Positions 11,483-23,777 of a stretch of DNA of 64,000 nucleotides are shown here, in pieces (position 1 is the stretch's first letter; every line of letters starts with the position of its first letter). The notes under the pieces are model-generated. The model had not been told where the DNA came from. It saw nothing but the letters and a program-made list of their open reading frames with translations, and did no database searches. The stretch covers positions 283,154,001-283,218,000 of the forward strand of contig NC_067401.1 of the NCBI RefSeq assembly GCF_016432865.1, in the 5' to 3' direction. Origin of the DNA: Antechinus flavipes (lineage: Eukaryota). Both the position numbers and the translations under genes were made by a program.

Positions 11483-14400
11483 GGGTAAGGACAGTTTGCT
11501 TTTTCAAAGTCTTTATATTCCCAGTACTTAGCACAGTGCCTAATACAGTCTGTGTTTAATAAATGCTGGTTGAATTGAATGAGATGGAATTGGAGTTGAA
11601 AAGATACTAGATAGAACAAGAGAGACCTAGCTCTTGAACTCTTGCTAATAGCAAATCTTTTAACTTTTCTGAGTGGGAGTTTCATCTTTTGCAAAACAGA
11701 ATAATAATATCATTAGAAATACTTACCCTACCCTACCTTTTGGAAGGTCAAATGAGATAATCTAAGTGAGATACTTTAAAAGCCTTAAAGCTCCACCTAA
11801 ATGTAAATGTCTGATAGCATGCTTTTATTTTTTAGGGTAGGAATTATATTTTGTCTGAAATTCACATTCCCTCAGGACCTAGTACAATATCCTGAACAGA
11901 GTATATCCTTAATAAATATTTGAAATATAAGGTGGTGCCTCTGTTTCCTTACTTGTAAAAAGTGAGAGGATTAACAGAAATTATTTCCACGATCCTTTCT
12001 AACTCTAAAATTGTGTGAGGACTTATGGGAAACATGGGTCACTAGAATTTGTAGTTATTTTCTCTGAAGCAAAAAGTAATCACTGTTACTTATATCAATT
12101 TTGCTTATTATAATTAGTCCTATTTAAATGACACTTTAGAGTTTTAAGTGTTCTCTATATAGTATCTCATTTTATCCTCACAATCTGGTGAGTTAGATAT
12201 TATTATATATCTATTCATTGTAAAGCTATTAATATTAATTCTAATTAACATAGGAATATATTGTTATATTCTATTTTACAGATGAGGAACGTCGCTTACC
12301 TGGGGGGATACAGCTAGCATACATAGAAGGTGGAATTTGAGCCTATACTTTACCAATGTCATTTAAAAATAACAAAATATTGAAATGTTAAAAAAAAAAG
12401 TTTGAGTTACTTATACATATGTCAAGCTTTAGCTCTTCCCATTTCTCTTATATACTTATGTATTTGTATTATAGTTATATCTACATGTGTTGGACTATAA
12501 ATTCCTTGATGGTGAGGAATATGTTTTGTGGAGCTAAGAGCACATAGTAGGAGCTTAGCAATGTTTACTGAAGCCTTTCCAGTGATATCTATATGTAGAA
12601 TGAAGTAGAATTAGTCAAGTTGGATGTGAAGAATCCATATAAAGTTGTCTTCAGCATAAACTACCTATCTTGTCCTTTTATTCTTTCTACCACCACCCCC
12701 AGAAGTAAAATAAATCCTTCACATGATTAAAGGAGAGAAATAGCAATATGGGGATGATCTAGAAAGCTGGTTTCTTTCTCCAATTCAGGTACTTAGATTA
12801 CTCTGTTAAAGCTGTCTCAGTCATATCTGGAAATTTCATGTGATAACAGATGTAATTCTTTACTTCAGATTATACTATATTTTCTTACATTTGGTTTTGG
12901 CATTTACTGTTTTAAGACTTGGGCAGCCCTCTTGGTTGTGATGGAGAGAGCAAGAGAAGCTTCTCAGAGCTCTAAATGACGCGTGCCAAACACGTGGAAG
13001 GTAAATCCCCTAATTCAGTCTATTCTTCTAGCATTCCCTGGCAGCCAGCCAAGCTAAATATTTCTGCTGGATAAAAATGCACTCTTGTATGCTTCACTCT
13101 CAACTGAAGGTCTGACTTCAGCAGGAGGGAATAGAGGAGGGGGTTCCCCCTGAGTGGAGAATAAGAAGACAACCAAAAGTATTCTATAGATTTTCATTTT
13201 TTTATCTATTTATTTTATTAAATAGCAGCTTCTCAGGTTATTATTGGATTAGCTTTTTAATGTTTGAAGAAAGGAGAAAAACAAATTTGAAAAATAGATT
13301 TAAGGATTCTTCATTACTCAACTTTTTTTTTCCAAGTTATCATCTTTTCGAATTTTCTGGCTGACTGCCAGTCACTTTAAGTCTGTTGTATGTTCTTTAG
13401 ATTAATCAGTTTTAAAAGGTTTTAATATGGGGTTGATTGAAGTACCCAGCATATGGATAGGAGGGGCTTGTCAGTGGTGCTTATGATTAATTGAAATTAT
13501 CACTTGAAGTGTTTGTTTCTGGAACACTAATTGAAGGAAAATTTTTAATTAGAGGAGGAGAATTGGAAATCAACAGTTAGACACTCTTGTAATTATTGTC
13601 ATACATTTCAGTTAATACACCCTTTAAAATAATAATAATAGTTGACATTTATATCACACTTTCAAGTTTATAAAAAGTGCTTTATGTATACAATCTTCAG
13701 CTCACAACAACTTGTTAGGTGGGTACCACAGGTATTATTAGTCCCATTTGCAGATAGGGAAATTGAGAGTGAACAAAAACTTGACTCCAGCCCCTCTCAC
13801 CCTACCCTTTCACAAAGAGTCACTGTTTTAGAAAAATATCTCTTTTAAATATCTTTCTTTTGTTCTTTTTTTCCCTTTATTTGTATCTATTTTTCTGCCC
13901 AGCCTTTTCAGTCTATAAGCATTTATTCAATGCTGACTATGTGCTGCTCACTGTCCTCATCTCCAGAGACACAAATAAAGACAAAAGCAATTCCTGTCCC
14001 CTAGGAACTCACTTTCTAAAAGGGGAGATGGCATGTAAACAACCCTATGCTTCTAATACATACAGAGAAGGCATAAGGCAATCTTGGGGGAATCTAGGAG
14101 TCCTAGAAAAGGCCTGCTGCAGAAGGTGGAGTTTATAAAGAAGTCAGAGAATAAAGTGCACAGGATTTCTAGACAAGGACAATAGCCACTGGCTAAGTAT
14201 AATGAAAAGCTAGGTTATATGATTTGTAGAAGGGAATAAAGTGTAAAAAGACTGGAAGGGTAGAAAGAAGGCAAATCATCAAGATCTTATAATTATATGC
14301 TTATCCTTTTACTCTTAGAGGAAATCCAAGTTTTATGGTATCACTGTGAGTCCAAGCACTGAAGCAAGCTGGGAAGGAGAGAGACAGGGAATTTTGAGAC

Positions 14401-17400
14401 CTTTAGGTGAGAATTCCTAATTTATTTAGGAATTCTACCATAATTCCTTGCATTTGTGCTCCATATTGACTTAAGTAACCATATTTCACTGTGTTTAGTC
14501 ACATGAGTTAATAACTTGTTTCTGCTCTTTTATCAAATTATCAACACTCCAATATGATTAGGATTAGGATAATGATAATGACAAGAACAACAGTAGCAGG
14601 CTGTCCTTTCATGGTCAAAGATGGTAATGCTGGCTGGGTTCAGTAGGGCACAGACTTTGAATTCTTTTCTAGAAGCAATGACCCATTTATACACTTGCCT
14701 ATGGGGAATAAGGATGGACGTTTGAAAGATAGGCAGCTGGAGTTAGGTCCATCAAAAAAAAAAAAAAAAAAAAAAGGAAAAAAGCTAATCGACTTCCATG
14801 AGGTTGGAACCCCCCCCCCCCCATAATATAATGACCTTGGCCTCATTATGGCTAAGCAGACACATAGACAGATTCTGAGGGCAATTAACCCAAGTCAGAC
14901 ATTCAGATACTATTACTTATTGGGACTTATTGTAACTACAAGTAATTTGTTGACCAATGGTGAACAGCAAACTTAGTAATCAGATTGAATATGTACACTG
15001 TAAGTATATAAAAAAAGAATAAAAGCAGTGAATTGAAAACAAAACAACTGAACAGATTTTAGGAGTAATATTATCATTCAGAGGTTTTCTGATGTCTTAG
15101 ATTAGGTATCCTCACAGTAGAATGTAAACTTCATGAAGGCAGGAGACTTTTTTTTTCCTGTTTTGTCTTTATATTTCCCAGTGCCCATTTTAGTTCCTTA
15201 TACATAACTGGGTAGAGGCAGATGCATTTGCATTTTTCCCACATAAAAACATAAAAAATTTCTCATCTTTATTCCCCCATTGCTAGCGGGAGGAAAAAAG
15301 ATCATGGTTCCTTTTTAGATTTTTCAAATATCAATTAGTTAAAAGAAGGTGATAATAATATTGAACCTAAAAATCATACTGCAGCTGTATTTTGGGAGAT
15401 GAAACTTAATCATGAATTCTAAATTGTGTTTGAATTTATTAGAGGGAAATTCTGACCTCTTTTGCTTTTCCACATTTTATTTAAGTATAGACCCATAGAA
15501 TCAAGAGTTTTCTTTTTTCAACAAAATAATAATCTACGATGTTCATATTAGATACTGAAGTCCAAATTAAATAAGAAAAATACATCACTTTTAATTTATT
15601 CCTTAAGGGAAAAACTCATGATAAAATTGGGATTAAAAATTGATTCCCAGAATTGACAATACAAATTAAGGAGATTTTTGATTGAGTTTAAGACATCCCA
15701 TATCCTCAGACTGGGGCATGTGATATGGGTCTAAGGAAAAAAGAAAACACAATTCACATAATGCAGCTTTCCATAAAGAACCTCAGGGCAAAACATCTTT
15801 AAAAAAAAAATGTATAGATCTGGACTTTCTTTCTCTTAGGACTTGGTCTTCCCAATGTTAATAAAGTGCAAAACTAGATTTGAGAATGTCACTGAGTAAG
15901 GCAGATGCTCCTGCATCTGTGGGTTATTCCACATGAGAACTACATGACAACCTTTTAAAAAGTTTTTATACTGTCAATCCTTAATAGAGGAGAACAGAAA
16001 AGTGATGGGGTGAATTTAGCTCTTCCCCAGAAAAGGGATGGTTTCAATACTTGTCTTCCCACACAGACTTCTACTAGTTCTTTGAAGGGAACTTTATTCC
16101 ACCAGGGTCTTTGGGCCTCCCTGGAAGATGTGGCCTGTTTTGTATATACATCTGACATGGAAGGGGAAATGGCCACATCAGAAGGGGGAAGAGAAGGGAT
16201 AAGAACTGATTGTTAGTTTTCTTCTTTTTCCCCATCAGGCAAACAGCAGATATCAGTTTGGGTGTTGGTATATGTGCCTATCATTCTTTACCCTATCATT
16301 TATCCCTTAACCTGTCTTGAAAATCTCCTTTCTTTGGTCACTGAAGACAGTCTTTGGCTAAAATAAGTTCTTTAGTTCCTGTTTCTAAATTTGCTAACAA
16401 AAGGGGCACTTTTTCTTTAATCAAATGACACAAAATAATGTAAAGTGCTTGGAAACTCTTACAAGCTAAATAATTGCAAGGTCTTATTTTATGGCAACTG
16501 CTATAAATTACCTTCCTGTTATAGACATATGTGCCTATTGTTTCTAGGATAAAATACAAACTTTTCAATTTGACATTAAAAGGCTTTCCACACATTGACT
16601 TCACATAATTTTCAGACTTAATAGACATTATTACACATTACTCCCCTTAAACTTTACTTCTAGTAATCCTGGTCTACTTGTTTCTTCTCCCACATGAAAA
16701 TATCATCTCTCACCTCTAGATTTTTATATTTTCCATGTCTGTAATGTACTCCTTTGTTCAGCTCTCTCTCTTAAAATCTTTATCATATTTCAAGGCACAA
16801 TTGAAGGGTCCTCTCTTATAGAAACCTGTCCTGATTCCCATTCCACCCCACCTCTACCTCAGTTATTCAACCTTTCATTAAATATATTTTGTATTTACTA
16901 GGGAGGAAAGAACGGGCTATGTAGAAGAGGTGTTGCTAAAGTAGAATTGACAGGACTTAGTAACAGATTGGATATGATGGAGTGATGGGAAGACAGGAAA
17001 GGGTGAGGGAGAGAAAGGAGTTAAGGATGACATATACATCATGCACTTGAGTGACTGAAAGAATAGTGGTGCCTTTAGAAAAAAATGGGGAAATTATGAA
17101 GTGAGGAGTGTTTGGGGAAAAAATATTGGTCAAAAATTCATCTGACCTGTTGAAGTTCACAAAAAGTTCGTCAAGGAGGGAAGTAGGACACTGAATTCAT
17201 ATTTCGAGAGGTAAAATGATGTCCGTTCCTCCTCTCTATCCCCTCTTCCAAGCAATTCCTTCTTAGAAGCTTGATTGAAAGGCTTCCACCCTAAACCACC
17301 AGATGCTTGAATCCTGCATTTCAAACTAGCTTCCTAATTTTATAGAAGTTCCACAGGGTTTGGCTGCTTCCCACAACCAATCTGAATGTACTTCCAGGTC

Positions 17401-17599
17401 ATCCATTGGTGTTTAAGGATTTTTTAATTCAACAAGGACTTTTTCTATTTTGCCTAAAGTTTATGATTGGTTGATTGACATAAAAGAGGGATTTAAGTTT
17501 GGCTCATACATCCTTCACACTTTTGATGGATTAATTCAATTAGGAGGTATCAGAGGTCTATATTTAAATAAGGGTAAGGAAATAGTCCTTTTATACTTT

Positions 17600-17720
17600 G
17601 ATTCAACAAGCATTTATTAAGAGCCTATTATTTGCCAACTAGGCATTGTCCCAGGAATGGAAATATAGAGTCAAAAGTAAACCTGTCTCTGACTTAATGG
17701 GTCATATTCTATTGGGTACC
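17600..17720 (-). mobile_element. L2 LINE 3' end (representative; others ~13910-14020, 18180-18290, 25660-26040, 32000-32480 on -, and ~10680-10980, 20520-21480 on +)
   Basis: TTCAACAAGCATTTATTAAGAGCCTATTATTTGCCA is the characteristic reverse strand of the L2 3' end. Confidence 0.7.
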
Positions 17721-19115
17721 CATATTCTACTAGGAAAAAACTATTTATACCCAGATAAGTAAAAACAAAATAAATTTAATTAATAGGAATCTAAAGTAGA
17801 AAAAGTTTAAGAAACCTTGCTTTATATCACTTCATAAAAGCTAATTAAATCTGGTTTACTAATTGAGAGCAGTGATAATAGGGAAAACACACTGGTAGAG
17901 GCTTATGAGCTATACCCAACCCCTTAAAGCTGACCCTAAAACTCTTAAGGGAATATGTGGTATTTCAATATCTGCCACATATAAATGTGGCTAAGTGATA
18001 ATAAATCTGGGGAGTATTTTAAAAGGTAATCAACAGTACTCTTCATTAGGATTTGAAAGATTGCCTAAATGTGTTTTCATATAAGAATCAAACATGGCTT
18101 ATGCTATAGTCATAGATTAAAGGCAGTTTCTGTTAGTATATAGAATTGATTGCAATTGAGAAAAGAGACCTAGGTTCTATTCATTTAAAAAACAAACTTA
18201 TATTAGATGCTTACTATGTGCCAGGCTCTGAGGATATAAAGACTGAAATGCAAAAATGTGCCCTCAAGGAATGTATTTTCTTGATAAAAAAAAATGTACA
18301 CATATAAATATGATCCTGTCTCTACTATTACCATTAACTAGCTCTATAATCTTAATCTATTAATTTCAATCTCTGGGTCTCAGGTTCCAAATTCATAGAA
18401 GGTCACATTTATGCAGTTGTTTATGGTTAACAAAGCACTTTTAATTCAGTTCCCCAAACATTTATTAGGTACATACTCTGTTCAAGGCATTGTACCAGGG
18501 CATTAAGAATATCAGCTAACCCTGTTTAGGAGCACTCATGCTAATGCATCGATTATACACAAGGAAATCAGCAAAGTGAAGAAGCTGTCTGTTGTAAAAG
18601 CAGAGCTAGACTCCCCGGACTTTCTAACATGATGTTTGTAAAAAAGGACACATATATTAATATTTGATCCCATGAAACAAGCTCAACTAGAATCAAGCTT
18701 GTAAATCAATTGATTAGCAAAGTGCTTTTTGCAGCTTGGAAAAGAAAGGTGGGGGAAAACTTCAAAATACACTCCCTTTCAAATGTACTCCTGCTTCAAA
18801 ACAATTTGATTAGGAGAATTTATTTTTCTTGGTTGCTGCCTACCATCAAAAAGGAAATAAATATTAGGGAATTTTGTTAGATCACAACTTGGTTTATATT
18901 CACATGGAGAATTTTTCTTCTTTAAGGTTTCCTTTAAAAATTGTATTTAGTAAATATAATTTACCTCATACATTTTTATATTTTGATAACTATTTCAAAA
19001 TAATTGTTTTCTGCTGTGATCCTTCACCAGACTGCTAAGAATTCTATTGCCCCAAAAAAGGTTAAGATCTTATATTAAAACAATGTAATAGTTAAATATT
19101 TAAAGGAATCCTCTA

Positions 19116-19294
19116 TACTGCAACATATTTAACATATATAGGACTGCTTGCCATCTTGGGGGGGGGTGTGGAGGGAGGGAGGGGAAAAAACGAAACATAA
19201 GCGAGTGCAAGGGATAATGTTGTAAAAAAATTATCCTGGCATGGATTCTGTCAATACAAAGTTATTATTAAATAAAATAAAATTAAAAAAAAAA
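19116..19294 (+). mobile_element. 179-nt 5'-truncated L1 3' end with poly(A) tail and 15-bp target-site duplication
   Basis: G-rich 3'UTR, AATAAA and A tail; perfect TSD TAAAGGAATCCTCTA at 19101-19115 and 19295-19309. Confidence 0.85.
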
Positions 19295-19309
19295 TAAAGG
19301 AATCCTCTA

Positions 19310-19480
19310 AGCCAAGATTTCTTAAACTTTCCCCACTCACAACCCCTTTTCACCCACAAAATTTTTATATATCCTGGATATACGAATATATAAAATAGGT
19401 ATACAAATAAAACATTTACTGATAAATCATAATTCCATGACCCTCCCCACATTCAGTTATTTAGTTTAAAAAGTTCTGCT
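19310..19480. mobile_element. hAT/Charlie-type MITE remnant
   Basis: GATTTCTTAAACTTTCCCCACTC...ATAAAATAGGTATACAAATAAAACATTTACTGATA...GTTTAAAAAG resembles a marsupial hAT MITE as recalled. Confidence 0.5.
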
Positions 19481-19639
19481 TTAGGCTCCCTTTTTGGGGG
19501 AGTTAGGGTTATGTAACTTGAACAGACTTAAAGCTAATAGGGATTTGAACCCAGGACCTACTAATTCCTGGCCAATCATCTATCCATTGCACTATCTAGC
19601 TACCCCTCAAATATTTTTTTAGAGGAATACCATTAGAAA

Positions 19640-20120
19640 TGAGAGAGGTAGTAGTTCCTTCCCATTCTACCATAGACTATATTTGAAGTTCACTTCTGGG
19701 TTTCACATTTTAGGAAGTACATTAATAAGCTATAGAATATCCAAAGAAAGATGCCAACAAAGAACATGCTATGTGAGAAATTATTGCAGAAAATGAATGT
19801 TTACTCTAAAGAAGAGAAGCCTCTAGATAGGACTCAATAGCTTTCTTGGCTCTAGAGGATAGATCAAGGAAGAGTGGAATAGTGGTTATAAATTGGGGAA
19901 AGGTAGATCTGAAAAACTTTCTAATTAGAGTTAGTGCAGAGTGGAACAGGCTGCCTTGAAAGATGGTGTTTTCTTCTTTACTAGAGGTCTTCAGCAAAAT
20001 CAAGATATCCACTTATCTAATATAATGTGAAGGAAGTCTAGATCCAGTATCTAGATAGATCTAATTAGAAGATGGTCTCTGAGGTCCATTCCAACAGTCT
20101 AAGATTCTGTTATTCTATGA
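19640..20120 (+). mobile_element. CR1/L3 LINE 3' fragment
   Basis: CTAAAGAAGAGAAG (RT end, EKRRL-like), GAACAGGCTGCCTTG and terminal GAGGTCCATTCCAAC...AAGATTCTGTTATTCTATGA are typical of the CR1/L3 3' end. Confidence 0.7.
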
Positions 20121-23100
20121 GAATGAGAATAGTATTAAATCAATAGGCCTACTATTGTACCTAGTAAAGTTGTTTCAGAGATAGAATTAAAAAAAAATAG
20201 GGTCAAATGCAGACTTAGCTACTTACCAACTGAATCTATTCTGGATAAATTGCTTTAACTTCTCAGCTGATTTTTCCTCATCTATAAAATGAAGATAATA
20301 TTAATACTTACTGAACAAAGTTGTTGGGAAGATCAACTGAGATAATATATAGAAACTAATTTGCAAACCTTAAAACATTAGCCATTATTATTAGTCAGTA
20401 GGTTTACTAGTCATGTTATACAACTGAATGATGCTGACTGGATCCACTGCAAATTTCTTATCTAACATCAATTTGGCCCTCACTGTTCCTAGGCTATCTG
20501 ATTTCCCCAGTGGTCAATTCCTCCAGACCCAGTCACTTGTTTTACTGAGCAAATAGAGGCTATTGATCATGAGCTGCCTATTCTTCCCTGTTCTATGCTT
20601 TAAAACATCCTTTATATTCTCCCCCATTCTGTCCTCCAATCTTTGAGAAGTGACTTCTCTTCTTGTCAGAGTCAATCCCTCAACCTCTTAGCTCTGGATC
20701 ATGTCTCCTCCTATGTGCTTCTTTTAGTTTGGCCTTTGATCAACCCCTTTCTCTAATTTTAATTTGTCATCGACAGACACCTTGTAGACATATCTGGGTT
20801 TTCCCCATTCTACAAAGAAAAAAGCAAAACTTTCAGCTGACCTTGTCAGCCCCTCAAACTATCATCCTACATCTTTTCTCCCTTTTATATACACAGAAAA
20901 AGCTAACTACAATACTCATTTCTTTCTCACTTCTTAACTCTTTGTAATTTGGCTTCAGATCCCTCCACTTGAAAAACTATTCTCTTCGCTATTACAAGTG
21001 ATCTAACTACTAAACTTGATGGCCTTTTATCAGCCTTAGTTCATTTCTTTTGACCTTATTGTAGTTTATAACTATTGACTACTTCCTGATTCTGGTACCC
21101 TTTCTTACTTTCTCCATCTTCTTTTGCCTTAGTGATCTCCAGGATCTGTTCAGGGCTCTTTTTCTTTTCTTTTTAAATTTTTAAAATTTTATTGGTTTTT
21201 TTTTATGTTTTTATGGGCTCTTTTTCATTGTTATCTCACCAGGGCCCATAGGTTCAATTATCACTTATGTAGACTCCTAATCTCTCACCAAATTCCTTGT
21301 CCAGCATCATAACTAAATGTTTTTGTGTCCCCTTTTTGGAGTTTGTCACATCACCTTGAGCCTTGTTAAACAGAATTGTGTTAGAATGTGAACTCATTAA
21401 AAAAAATAGTTTTGTTTTACATATTTGTATCCCCTAAGGCTTAGCAAACAACAAGCATTTAATAGATCCTTGTTTTTTGACTGATCAATTGATTGATTGG
21501 ATCTTTCCTCTCTTAAACTTAAAAAAAATTACAGGGTCCTGAAGTAGGAACCAGAGTCTACTCACTTAAGGCCTGTGTGGTGGTATTGGAGCAAAGATTG
21601 TTAACTTTGTGTCATAGAGCCCTTTGGCAACTTGATGAAGACTATTAGAATAATGTTTTTAAATGAATACAATAAAATTAATAGGATTGCAAAGGAAATC
21701 AATTATTGAAACATGGTTGTAAAAGTATTGTTTAAAAACAAGTTCATGAAGTTAAGAACTCCGGATTGGGAATGGGAAGGTAAATGAACTCCCCACAATA
21801 TTTAGTAAGAGTCAGAATTAGGATGAAAATGTGGAAAAGTACAGGCACTGACTGTCTATTTCTTTATCCTTCATAAGATTTACTCATAACTTATTTCCAT
21901 AAGCATTTAAGGTAGTAGGGACATCCAAAGAGGACAAAAGACTGGGACCTTCCTCTTAAGGAGCTTGCAATCAAAAAATAACCTCTGGTGATTTTTTTTA
22001 AAAACTAGAGAGACTATATGGTAAAATAAAAAGAATTTAGAATTTAAAGTCAGAGGAACTGAATTCAAATCCAGAGTTTGACACTTAACTATAGTCATAT
22101 GTTGATAAATGTTTAATAATGATTACGGACACAATTTGAAATTTAATCTGTATTTTTAACTGTTTTCCCATCAATTTCTTAATAAAAGTCAGTTCCTGAC
22201 TTGCCAATTTCTGAGATGTAAATGCTCACATTCGAGCTGGCTCCAGCAGATCTCCTATTAAATAACATACTCTACTTCAAGTCACTTAACACCTTTGGAC
22301 CTCAGTTTCCTCATTTTTTTAAGTTATGAATTTGGGCTAGATAATCCTTTAAGGTAAAATTTCCTTCTAAAATTTATTGATTCTGTGATTTCTTGGAGTC
22401 TTTACTCTGGTTCAGTTAATGAAAGAAAATCCTTTGGGGTATTGGTTCCAAGGACCTACGGGGGCTGTTAATCCACCACCTAGTAAAGACATCTTTAAGA
22501 ATAGTCATTTGCATAAACCAGAAGCAAAAGCTTTATTTATTCTTTAGGCTTTTGCCTCTAGTTTATACAATAGAAGCCAAAAAGATTTTCATAGCCCAGA
22601 CAAGCCTCACCCATTGCCCCCAGAGGCTGTTTTGTTAGCCTCCAGTGGGATTTCCCCAGATTTATACCTTGGGAAGCTGATTACTGCCATCCCATATGGG
22701 AAATGCAATCAGGATTTTCATTTTGTGTAGAAATTCTCTTATAAAAGATAGTTATCAGAAAATCCCTTCTTTCCTCATCACTCCTACTTCACCACCACCT
22801 ACCTTTACCATGTTGATAGGATCCAAAGTCTTTGAAAAAACATTACATGTAAAAAGTCTATTACAGAGAACTCTAAGAGACTCCAAATTCCTTTGTTACT
22901 GACTTGGTATTTTATCTAATAATAGATTTACTACTTACTAAAGTCTTCTCTCTTAACTATCCCAAGGGGTAGATAATTTAAGTCGTATCATAACCATCTT
23001 TTGCATGCGAAAGTATAGAGACTCTTAGGTGTTAAGTGACTCAATGTATATATTTTTTTACTTACATTTATTTTAATGGGTCTTTAGAGCTTTTAGAAAT

Positions 23101-23207
23101 CTGGTTACCTGAAGCAAGAATACTAGGAACTTTGGGGACACTGACATTAAAGTTGAATTAAAAAAATTTTTTTGACTTGCCTGATAACTTTGTTTCTTGG
23201 TTGGAAC

Positions 23208-23777
23208 TGTTGTGTCACAGTTCTCTTTTATTGTCCTGACTCAGTTTCCCTAATTGTCGTGACTCAGTTTCCCAAAATTGTCTTTCCCTGGTTACCCTAA
23301 ATTGTCCTGCCTCGGTTTTGAATTGTTCTGTTCAATCCAGCAAAACCTTCCCTTCCTCTTAATCAGAATATTTGATAAGGATAAAAGATCATATATTACA
23401 GAATATCAGAATGTCTTTCTCTATCCCAAACTATCAGAATATCAGATACAGTTTTATCAAGATGCCTTTCCCCATCTCCGGGGTGCCTCCCCTCTTATGT
23501 CATGCCCATCTCTGGTGGCTCACCCCATCCTGTCAGAGTTCCGTTCCTGCTCTCAGCACCCTGACTCCGCCCCTGCCTCCATCTACCTATTGTGTCTGAG
23601 CCACATATATATATGTCATTGAGAAATCACATTGTTTGCTGGATTCTTGGAGATGTTAGTCTCATTCAGCCTGGGACCAAACCATGGATCCATTGGGTCC
23701 CAGTAAATCTCTCCCTTTCAAATAAAATATTAAATATTCTCTATTCTCTATCTTGCCTCAGTTTCTCCGGCATTATA
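23208..23777 (+). mobile_element. Solo ERV LTR (570 bp; 4-bp TSD suggests ERV1 class)
   Basis: Starts TG, ends CATTATA, flanked by GAAC (23204-23207 and 23778-23781). U3 has ~23-bp tandem repeats, GC box at 23567, TATA-like at 23606-23614 and AATAAA at 23721. Confidence 0.8.

Noticed and set aside
23231-23310. ~23-bp repeats as a CRISPR-like array
   Set aside because: The units are contiguous, degenerate and lack unique spacers; they are LTR U3 tandem enhancer repeats in a vertebrate genome.
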